Shown piece by piece: positions 11,880 to 22,512 of a stretch of 64,000 nucleotides of DNA. Position numbers and translations under genes: made by a program. This DNA is from Hypanus sabinus (lineage: Eukaryota). Location: NCBI RefSeq assembly GCF_030144855.1, contig NC_082731.1:28024001-28088000 (forward strand), in the 5' to 3' direction. The notes under the pieces were generated by a model that saw only the letters and a list, made by a program, of their open reading frames with translations, made no database searches and had not been told where the DNA came from. Within the stretch, counting starts at the first letter, position 1. Each line of letters begins with the position of its first letter.

Positions 11880-12460
11880 TCGTGGATCGACTCTAATGCA
11901 GTGATTGGATGATCGGCCGTCACGTGGGGGTGTCTATTGGACGAGAGCTCGAGCGAGGGTTGTCGAGATTCTCACCAGAGGGCGGGGTGACATGTTTGGG
12001 TGCCGGCAAAAAAAAGGAAGATGCGTGAAGAGAGTCGGGTTGGGAGCGCGGGTAGCGGCAAGCTCTGATTGGAGGACCGGCCTGAAGGTGACGTATGGCC
12101 GCTCCGGTTACCGCTGCTTTAACGGCTGATTGAAGATTCAAACTCCCGGTGTCCGCGCGAGCTGGGAGGAAGTGAGCTCGCGGCAAATGGTTAAAGCGCG
12201 GGAGAAAGCGAGGGTCCGATTGGCTGAGGGGGAAAGACGTGTGAAGAGGAGCCAAGAACGCGAATCCCTCCAATGGCACAGCCGCAGCGGCGGGTGAGAG
12301 GAGACGCCAGCGCTGAGCTGTCGTGTCCGGTAGCACATCGTTGGTGACAGAAGAAACCCCTCGAACGGGCTTTGCCGGAGGGGTACACAAAGACTAACGG
12401 GACAATGCATTGCAGGGTAGGGAGAGAGGCAAGTCCGGGAAACATTCATTTCCTCGTGTC
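11880..12460. promoter_or_regulatory. CpG-island promoter-like region with CCAAT boxes and an E-box
   Basis: High CpG density in an otherwise CpG-poor window. ATTGG at 11904, 11936, 12068 and 12219; CCAAT at 12270; CACGTG at 11921-11926. Possible plus-strand donor (cagg|gtaggg) near 12417. Target gene not identified. Confidence 0.6.
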
Positions 12461-12959
12461 TCGGACCAGACAATGCAGTAAGGTGTTGGAAGAGGTTCTG
12501 AATGCTTGATGTGTGGATGCTTGGTGGGTGGAGGTAGGAGAGGCCGTTGTATGACAGGTGGACCAGTGTGGAGTGCGAATACACTTATGCTGGGTGGTTA
12601 GAAAATAAATAGTCGTTTATTTTGTTGTTCGAGGCTGGATCTGCAGGTATTCAGGGAAGCTGGGGGCTTCATAGGTGTGGCGTTTACAGAGTTGGTCAGA
12701 CCTAAAGGACACACTTCAGATCGATGGGGAAGTAACTGGAGAAGACAGTCAGTACAGGGGTCCCCTGTGGCCATTTCCCCTCACTAACAGGCGTATGTTG
12801 AGACAAACAACAATGGCTGAGGTCCTGCAAAATGCAAGCCGGGAGTTAGGAATGAAATTAAAACACAGGTCCTTAAGGGTAATCACTGGATTACTCATGA
12901 TGCCATGCACTGGTCTGTATGAGAATTGGAAAATAGGCCAGATTTTCCCTGGTAGTCGG

Positions 12960-13330
12960 CAATGGTGTAACACCCGTCCCTTTGTCTCCTCACCACCATC
13001 CAATCACCTCAACAGTCTTTCCAGTGAGGCTCAGATTTCCATGCATCTCATCCATTGTTGACTATTGCATTCTCTGCTCTCAATGTGACCCAAGTGCCGA
13101 TTAGGGAATCAGTTTAATAAACGTCTGCACTCCAGGCACCATGGCCATCGATAGCCAATGCAGTTCCCCACCCCATGGCAATCTTGAAAGCCAATGCAGT
13201 TCCCCACCCCATTGCCACATCAACCTGCCTGACTTTGGCATCATTCACTTTCATGGTGAGGCCAAATGCAAACGTGAGGGGCAGAACCTCATATTCCAGT
13301 TTGGTTATCTGCAATCCAATGGTATAAATG
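12960..13330 (+). mobile_element. Highly degenerate Penelope-like (GIY-YIG region) remnant
   Basis: Weak similarity to 58830-59190; includes a short internal duplication of agccaatgcagttccccacccc (13141-13210). Confidence 0.45.
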
Positions 13331-13769
13331 TTGAATTCTGAAATTTGAGATAAACTTCTCTCCCACTGTCCCCTTTTCTCTCTCTGTCATACACATCTTT
13401 CTTTCAAAACTTCCCAAACTTATTGAGCAAGTTGAAGGGAGACAAAGTGACAGTACCTGTTTGAATTTATTCACAAGGTCCCTTGGTCACCATGGAGAGT
13501 GAGTAGAGCTCAGAGTGAGATGGAATTTTTTTCTGCAACTACTTAGTTTTCAACCATTAAATGTCTAATTTCCTCAGCTCTGGTGAAAGGCTTGTGATAT
13601 TAGTTTATTACTCTCTCAACAGACACCCCCTGTCCTGTGATTTCAGAAGTGTTTATCTCTTACTTGCAAGAGATACCTGTAGATACTTGTCCCTCATTGA
13701 TAATTTAATTCTTCCTGTTGGAGTTCAGATGCCAATTTTGTCTGAAGCTGATTTGCTTCTACCAAATTA

Positions 13770-13985
13770 TTACCATGCAATACTACATACAACCACTAGG
13801 GGGCAGAGGAACAGATATTGAGCCTTCAGTTAAACTGACTGCTGCAATAGTAACCGACAGTCTCCGAGTGTCAGAGTAACAGTCAGGCACAGAGAGGCTG
13901 CTGGACCGTGTGGGTGCAACATTGCATAGGAGGTCCTGAGACTACAGGATCTCTTCAGATGAATATGTCACATTGAAGGTGACAG
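13770..13985. repeat. Unclassified dispersed ~220-bp repeat (copy 2 of 5; others 3440-3675 inverted, 14740-14955, 22310-22500, 28745-28975)
   Basis: Shared core gtgtcagtgtaacagtcag...gtgggtgaaacagtgcacaggagga...ggatctcttcagatgaa...tcacattgaa. No reading frame is conserved across copies. Confidence 0.8.
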
Positions 13986-14289
13986 ACAAGGATAGGGCAG
14001 GGTTTTCATTCATCAGTTAGTATCTCACTGATAGGTCATTTTATACAATCACTGCTTTCTCTCACTGTCTCTTTCTGTCAATGCATTGTTACCTTGCAAT
14101 AATTTGCATTTATGGGGCTTCAATACAGCTATGATCTGAGCTCTTGTTGGACTCTGTTTTTGCTATTTTATTGTTGTGTTGACTTGATCACTAGCATCTC
14201 ATGAGTTGGCATATTTGGAGATGTATATGGTCTACTCACCAATATTCCATTTCATTCCCTCCACTGCTGATGTACAATGTATATTACCT

Positions 14290-14660
14290 GTCCATTGCTG
14301 GCAAGGGGAAGAGAATCCTAAGGGATTATACAGATATGTTATGACCCAAGGGATCTCATGGGATGAAATTAGTCCTCTAAGATCACAGTGGTAATCTATG
14401 TATGGAGCCAAAAGAGATGGAGATCTCAAATGAATTTTTTGTATCTATGTTTATTCAGGAAACAGACACAGAGTCAAGAGATGTGAAGCAAAGAATCATC
14501 AACTTCATGGGCCCAATACAGATTACAGAAGAGGAGATGTTTGCTGCTTTGAGGCAAATTATGGTGGATAAATCCCCAAGGCCTTAAAAGGTGTACCTCG
14601 GACCCTCTGGGAGGCATGCAGATATTGCCGGAACCCGAGCAGAGTTATTTAAATCATCCT
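14290..14660 (+). mobile_element. CR1 LINE ORF2 fragment
   Basis: ENPKGLYRYV and ITEEEMFAALRQIMVDKSP match CR1 ORF2 upstream of the RT core. Confidence 0.65.
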
Positions 14661-16099
14661 TAGATTGTGTGCAGCTTCAGGTCCCAGGATCTGCAGACTC
14701 TTGTATCTGAATTGAAGTCAATTTGAGCAGATGCATTGGTTGCCTTCCATTGATAAACCAGGGGCCAGAGGAAGACTTCAAATACTCTGGCCTTAGTCAA
14801 ACTGGCAGCAGCAACACTGACTGCCACTGGGTGTCAGTGTAACAGTCAGACAGAGGGGGTGGAGAATGTGGGTGAAACAGTGCACAGGAGGATTCCAGAG
14901 CGTCAGGAGCTCCTGAGTCAGCAGGATCTCTTCAGATGAAAACATCACATTGAAATATGACTTCCTTCTATATCCTAAATGCATGCTTGTTGGTAGGTTA
15001 ACTAACCACTTTAAGTTGAAATTGAATTTGTAGAGTCAGAGGGTCAGAGAGCATGGAAACTGGCCCTTTGGTCCAACTCCCCCATGCTGACCAAGACGCC
15101 CATCCAAGCTCGTCACCTTGGCATTATTTTGTGGATCTTTTTCTATCCATTGCCCCCTTGATTTTAGGCATCTCTACAAAATCTCCACTTGATCTCCTGC
15201 AAGTCAAAGGTTTTCACCAGAGATGAGGAATTTAGAGTTTCTTAGATATTTAATAAACAAGCACAGTAAAAGGAAAATATTTCACCTCACTGCTATGTTG
15301 ACTCCCCACATTGACTGTGACTCCAAGATACAAATTATATGTTCTGTAATGTGTATATTCACTCCAAGGAAAGTCCTAGCCTAGACAATGCCTCCCTTTA
15401 ACTCAGTCATGGCAACATCCTTGTAAATTATCTCTGTGCTCTTTTCTAACTAATAACATCTTTTCACCAGGGGCATCAATGAAAACTGAACACAATTCTC
15501 CAAATACAACATCACTGGCACCTTCTCCAATCCCACTATGTGCTCCCAACTTTTATACACAATGTTCTGATTGATGAAGACCAGTATAACAAAAGACTTC
15601 TTCACCACCCTGTCCAGCTGTGACTCCTTTCAGTGAACCATATACTTGAACTCAAGTCCCAGTGCTCTCCAGGGCCCTTTCGTTCACTGTGAAATTCCTA
15701 TCTTAGTTTAATTTTCAAAAGCATTACACCTTCCACTCCCTGAGTGGATCTCCATTTGCCACACTTAAGCCCATTTATTCAGCTGAACAGGGATCCACAG
15801 TAACTTTGATAACCTTCTTCGCTTTTCCCTTTACCGTTTATTTTTGGAGGGCTGCAATTCGTGAGAGAGAGGTCGTTTATTGGTGTCACTGTACACATTT
15901 CTAAAAAGAGATCAGGTGTGTCCACGATTTTTTAGTGGGCTGCAATCATAGCAATTCAGTGATCTTCGATAGCACACGTCAGGGGCCAGTAAAGTGAATT
16001 GAGGTGTAAGTGGGGCAGCCATTGTGGGAGTGGACAGTGTGAAAGAGGTCATGGTTTAGCTCAAAAGGCTTCCTTGTAATCAGGCTTGGGCACACACGG

Positions 16100-17960
16100 T
16101 GGATGTTCTAAGGAAGTTCCTTATAAGTTTATTTTTCTCTTGGTACACAACTAGTTTCTCTGAGACTGGGTCCAGAGTTAGTTGTATGTTCCTTGTATGA
16201 GATGTGGTAACTTTAGGAGGCATCTAGTCTCCCTGATAAGTACATTTATTTGTACCAAGTGCATCAAGCTGCAGCTCTTTAGAGACCGTGTTAAGGAACT
16301 GGAGCTGCAGCTTGGTGACCTTTGGCTCTTAAGGGAAAATGAAGAGGTGAGCAATAGTGAGCCTGTCACCCCTAAGTTACAGGAGACGGGTACCTGGGTG
16401 ACTGTCAGTAGAGGGTACTCAGCCAGTGCAGAATACCTCTGTGGCTGTTCCCCTCAATAATAATTAAAATGCTTTGGATACTGATGGGGGGAGAACCCAT
16501 CGGGGGCAGCTACAATGACCTGATCTCTGGCACTAAATGTGTTTCAGTGCTGCAGAAAGGAAGGGGTGGAGTGGGGGAAGAGGAGTAATTGGGGATTCCA
16601 TAATTAGAGGACCACACAGCAGATTCAGCAGACATGAAAGATAGTATGTTTACCTCACAGTTGCCGGAGTGGGATACAGTATCTCAGATCAGGTCCACCA
16701 CATTCTAAAGGGGAAAGGTGAACAGCTGGAAGATGTGATACATATTGGTACCAACGACATAGGGCTGAAAAGCGAGGAGGTCTGGAAGAGAGAATATAGG
16801 GAGTTAGGTAGAAAACTGAAAAGCAGGACCACCAGAGTAGTAATCTCTGGACTGCTGCCTATGCCATGCACCAGTGAGGGTAAGAGAAGGTTGATATGGT
16901 AGATGAATGCACAGCTGTGGAATTGGTAATGGGGCAGGGTTTCTATAGAAGGTGCTTGGGAAGCTGAAAGCTCTGAAGGTGGATGTCACCTGGACCACAT
17001 ACCAGGGTTCTGAAAGAGGTGGCTGGGGAGACTGAGGAGGCATTGATAATGATCTCTTAAAAATCACTAGATTCTGGCATGGTTCTAAGGAAATGGATTG
17101 CAAATATCACTCCACTCTTCAAGAAGAGAGGGAGGTAGATCTCAGTGATTGGGAAGAAGTTGTTTGTCAAAGATGAGTTTTCAGATTATTTGGAGGCACA
17201 ATAAAATAGGCCAAATTCAGCATGGTTTACATAAGGGAAAATCATGCCTGACAAATCTTTGAGGAAATAACAAGCAGGGTTAACAAAGGTGAATTGGAGG
17301 GTGTTGTGTACTTGGATTTTTAGAAGCCCTTTGAAAACTGCCACTCATGAGGCTGCTTAAAAAAATAAGATTCTGTGGAAAAGACACTAGTATGGACAGC
17401 AGATTGACTGAGTGCCAGGAGGCAAAGGGTGGGAATAAAGGGGGCATTTTCTGGCCAGTGGAATACAGTGTCAGGAAATGCATAGCCATGTGCTTTGGTA
17501 AAAGGAACAAAAGTAGAGACTATTTTCCAAATGGGCAGAAAATTCAAAAATCGGAGCTACAAAGGGACTTCTGAGTCCTTGTGCAAGGCTCCCTAAAGTT
17601 TAACATGCAGGTTGAGTTTGTGGTGATGCTGAGGCTCTGTGAGGCATTGGTGAGCCGTTGTTTGGAGCATTTTGAGCAGTTTTGGGTTCTTTATTTAAGT
17701 AAGGATGTGCTTATGTTGAAGGAGGTTCAGAAGAGGTTCATGAGATTAATTTCAGGAATGAAAGTGTTATCGTGTGCAGAGTATTTGATTGGGCCTGTTC
17801 TGAGTGGAATTTTCGAGAGAGAGTATTCAATGTTAAAAGTTGAAAGTTCAATGAATGTTGTATTCATGTATTCAATGTTGAAAGGCCTGGATTGCGTGGA
17901 TATGGAGAGGTGGTTTCCCATCATGGGAGAATCTAGGGCCAGAGTGCACAGCTCTCTGAA
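16100..17960 (+). mobile_element. CR1 LINE, degenerate and internally deleted (ORF1 zinc finger/coiled coil, SGNH esterase, RT fragments)
   Basis: CTKCIKLQLFRDRVKELELQL; VIHIGTNDIG...VVISGLLPMP (esterase); VVYLDF*KPFE and RLCEALVSRCLEHFEQFW (RT and C-terminus). Confidence 0.8.
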
Positions 17961-17989
17961 TAGTGGGTATGTATTGAATTTGAATTTCC

Positions 17990-20270
17990 TTTATTTCTTA
18001 CATCTGTAATATACATGAGGAGTAAAAATCTTTGTTACAGCTCTGTTTAAATGTGCAATGTGCAATTTATAGTAATTTATAATAAATATTATGTACAACA
18101 GGGCAGTCAATAAAACATAGAAATACAATTCTATCAGCATGAAATAATCAGTCTGATGGCCTGGTGGAAGAAACTGTTCTGGAACTTGTTGATCCTGGTT
18201 TTTATGCTGTGGTACCATTTCCCGGATGGTAGCATCTGGAACAGTTTGTGGTTGAGGTGACCCAGATGCCCAATGATCCTTCAGGACCTTTTAAAAATAC
18301 CAGTCTTTGTAAATGTCCTGAATAGTGTGAAGTTCACATCTACAGATGTGCCATGCTGTCCGTTCCACTCTCTGCAGAGTCCCACGATTGATGGAAGTAC
18401 AGTTCTCATAGCAGGCAGTGATGCAGCCAGTCAGGATGCTCTCAATTGTGCCCCTGTAGAAAGTTCCTAGGACTTGGGGGCCCATACCAAACTAACGCAA
18501 CAGTCTGAGGTGAAAGGGGCACTGTTGTGCCTTTTTCACCACATAGCCAGTATATACAAACCACGTGAGATTGTCGATGATGTGTATGCCGAGGAACTTA
18601 AAGCGTGTCACCCTTCAACCCCAGGTCCATTGCTGTCAATAGGGTTTAGCCTGTCTTCATTCCTCCCGTAGACCACAAAGAGCTCCTTTGTTTTTGTGAC
18701 ATTGAGGGAGAGGTTGTTTTCTTGACACCACCATGTCAGGGTGATGACTTCCTCTCTGTAGGCTGCCTCATTATTATTTGAGATTAGGCCAATCAATGTA
18801 GTGTCATCAGCAAATTTAATTTGCAGATTGGAGCTGTGGGTGGTGACACAGTCATGTGTATATAGAGAGTAAAGGAACAGCCCTGAGGGGCATTTGTGTT
18901 GAGGGTCAGAGGTGAAGGAACCCACTCTTACCACTGCTGCTGATCTGCCAGGAAGACCAGGATCCAGCTGCACAAGGCAACTGAGCTTCTTATCGAGCCT
19001 GCAGGGAATTATGGTGTTGAATGCTGAACTGCAGTCCAAAAGCAGCATTCTCACATAAACATCCCTCTTCTCCAGGTGTACAAGGATGGTGAGAAGACCT
19101 GTGGCTATTGCATCATCTGTCATTCAGTTATGTCCGTAGGTGAATTATAGGGTGTTCCAGGGTGGGTGGGAGAGGGAGAGATTACAAGTGTCTGCAAACA
19201 CGGCTGCCACTTGTGCCATGCACACTGTGAGTACCCACCTTCGGATGCCATCTGGTCCCGCGGCCTTGTGACTGTCCACTCGGTGGAAACCCCTGTGCAC
19301 TTCAGCCTCAGAGATGACCAAGCTGCAGGTCACATCAGTGGCACTTTTCAGGGGCTAGTGGTGTTGGTAACATTGAATTGAGCATATGAAAAATTTAGCT
19401 AGTCTGGGAGAAAGGCAGCAAAGTTGGAAATTCCGCTGTGTTTAGCCTTGAAGTCTGTGATGGTGTGTAGACCTTACTATAACCTGTGGTGTGTTGTTGG
19501 TGGAGAGTTGTGTCTGAATCTTGTCCCTTTATTGTTGTTTTGCTGCCTTGATGACTTTGTGCAGTTTGTAGCTGCATTTGTTGAGCTCCTGCTGATTACC
19601 AGCAACGTTGGCTCTATGTCACGTGGTAAGCGCTGCTCATACAGAACTGTTGATCCAGGGTTCCTGGTTTGGATAGACCCTGACCGCTTACTGGAGGGAC
19701 AGCATCCTCGATGCACTTCTGGATGGAACTTGTGACTGCTTCCGTGAACTTGGAGAATAGAGATGAGGAGCAATTTCTTTACTCAGCTGATGGTAAATCT
19801 GTGGAATTTGTTGCCACATGTGGATGTGAAGGCCAGGTCATTGTGTGTATTGAAGATGGATGCTGATAGTTTGTTGAATAGTAGGTGTTGAAAGAGCTTT
19901 TCTACCTCCTCTCTGTAGCCATCTCAATCTTGTTGGTGATGAGCCCAACCATTGTTGTGTCATTGGTGAACTTGACAATGTGATTACTTGTTGTTTGACT
20001 ATGCAGTTACAGTGTGTGTGAGCCGAGTATACAGCAACAGGCTCAGCACATGGCCCTGGGGAGCACCTGTGTTGAAGAAGATGAGGATGGAAGAGCGGTT
20101 GTGGATCCTGACTAGCTGAGGTCTGTTCATTAGGAAGTCCAATAGCCAGTTGCACAGTGGTGCAATGAGACCATGGAGTAAGAGTTTGTTCATCAAGGTC
20201 TGCAGGAGATCAGTGTTGAATGCCAAACTGAAATCCAGAAACAGCATTCTGACATAATTGTCCTATTATT
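17990..20270 (-). mobile_element. Rex1/Babar-type LINE fragments (at least two)
   Basis: [71 protein letters not shown]...TGAPQG. Confidence 0.8.
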
Positions 20271-22512
20271 TAGGCATGACATTCAAAAAGGAAATAGAAA
20301 ATTGAAAGGGAGACAAACTGCAGAACAAGAGGAGAGACAAGACAGGGAGACATGCTGGTTTGCTCTTGAGTACAGACTTAAGAGACAAATGGAGTTCGTT
20401 CCACACCATTTTACGAGCGATTCTCTGTGATTAAGCAATTGTCCAGCTGCTATCACCTCCTGTCATTCCTTGCCCCAAAGAAGATCATATCTAACAGGTG
20501 CCAGCACTTGGATCAACTATGTTGTCATAAAGTCTTTCGCTTGTCTTTCAATGTAGTTTGTTAGTAATGAGGAGTCTATGTTCTATGCATTTCGTCAGGA
20601 AGACAATTCCCTTGACAACAAGAGAGACTGCTGCTGTTAGAATCTGGAGGAAAAATAAAACTGTCAGATGAGCTCAACAGGTCAGGCCACATCTACGGAA
20701 GGAAAGGAAGGGACAACATTTCAAGTGGACGTTCAACATCAGAACAGACACAGGATTCTTCTCCCACATGATTCTATTCAAGTTGGCTTTACTTTTCTTT
20801 GCTCATCCTTTGTACATTTCTAAAGGTTTTTTTTCCTTGCTATTCCCCATACTTAAAAAAAAAAGTTTCCCTTTTGAATTCAGGCCAGGATTTGCTCAGA
20901 TTTCAGAAGAAATCTTCTCTGACTCCACCTTCAAATTTCAGATTGTGCTACCAGGAATGTGCAGGGTCCTTTTTCCAGCCACCGGGTCACGAGATACTCG
21001 TTTATTAACAAACAGTCTCTAGTACAGACAAACATCTCATTTTTCACAGCTAATGCAGCCCCATGTAGAAGAGATTCTCCTTCCAGATGACTCTTCCATA
21101 ATGTGTAAACGTCACCTTGTTTCTTCAGAGAATCCCTCACTTGGGGTGGTGACATCAACATCCAACTCTCTGTGTTAGTGGTTAAAATAACATTGAGACA
21201 CCCTGTGCTGGAGATTCCACGGGTTATCACATTCCAGTGACTGCATGTCTGTGTCAGTGGTTAAAGTAACATTGGGACAGTTACATCTTTCATTGTTGGA
21301 GATTTCATGGGTTCTCATATTCCAATGACTTCATGATTTCAGCTGCAAAGGGGAATTATCGGAGTTGTTACGGAAAAAAAAAAACAACTGCAGAAGCATT
21401 GTGTGTCCTGTCAGCACAGTCCTTGCAGTGAATATTCCACCAGTAGCATGGTCTATGGTGTCAGCATCTCCTCAGTGCCAAATGACCATTGACTGGTCTG
21501 TGTATCCAAAGCCCAGTGGCCAAAGCACAAACAGCAAGATTGGCAAGCTGTGATTGGACAATCGGTTGCCACGTGGATTGTGAGGGGTGCGAGATGTTGG
21601 AGCTGCAAATTTGAATCCCAATAGTCAGCACTCGAGTGTGGGCTGGTTAAGGCTTTCACTGGAGGTTGGGGTTGATGAGTGTGACAACCAAGGAGACACG
21701 GGAGATTGCAGATGCTGGAATCCGGGGCAACAAACAGTCTGCTGGATAAACTCAGCTGCTTGAGTAGTATTTGTGGTTGGAGGAATATGGAGCAGGCATA
21801 GAGTATATATGGATAATCTGAGCTGTGATGGGCAGATAAGAGGTACCTGATGGAGGGGAATGGTGGGTGGGGGAATGTGGCAACAGGAGTGTAAAGGGTG
21901 GGTCAGGCAACATCTGTGGAGGTAGAGAAAATGAGTTTCCATTACAGTTTGGTGAAAGTCCTTCATTAGAGCTGGACAGTTCTGTCACAAACTGGAGTGG
22001 CTGGTTATCTGAGATCATGACATCTTTGAAACCCAGGGAATGAAATGTGCCTCATGGGAGATATGTCCTTCCTCAAACTTCAGCTTGAGTTGTCAGACTG
22101 TGGATAATCAGAGTGTTGTTTTGAATGCGAGTGAGAGCAAACTGGAATCTGCTTGAATAAATAATTCTTGAAAGCAGTTTCCGGGTTTGAGTTTTCAGTA
22201 GCGTAGAGGAGGCCACATCCTGAGCAAGGAATCAACGACAGCAATTCAGAGATGTGCAAGTGAATCACTGTCTCACCTAAAAGGAGCCTTTGTACTTCTG
22301 GGGGTTGGGATGGGAACCACTAAGGGTCAGAGGAATATATCCAAATATTGAGGCCTCAATTAAATTCTGGATGTCAGTGCAACAGTCAGGAACAGAGACA
22401 ATGCTGGATGGTATGGGTGAAACAGTGCACAGGAGGACTCCACCGTGCCAGGAGGATCTCAGACTACAGGAGCTCTTCAGATGAATATGACTCATTGAAG
22501 GTGATAGACAGG

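Larger units (their letters stand above)
11060..17960. repeat. Segmental duplication, unit A (paralog of 20270-36390)
   Basis: Colinear diverged blocks seen by eye: 11060-11290~20280-20510; 11565-11930~21300-21580; 13790-14290~22310-22512+28182-28510; 14650-14960~28640-28980; 15210-16200~29300-30240. A CR1 sits at the same position in both units. Confidence 0.8.

Noticed and set aside
11303-12584. ORFs of 105-161 aa over the CpG island as host genes
   Set aside because: Overlapping on both strands, no recognisable domain, partly made of the tandem repeat; expected in GC-rich DNA.
13470-13500. J-segment-like ATGGTGACC (MVT) on the minus strand
   Set aside because: No WGxG, no RSS upstream, and a stop follows.
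14793-14984. EEILLTQ / EEILQTQ peptides as Ig V framework 1 (also 28864-29085)
   Set aside because: No following P..V...G....LSC, no leader intron, and other copies have a stop at this position.
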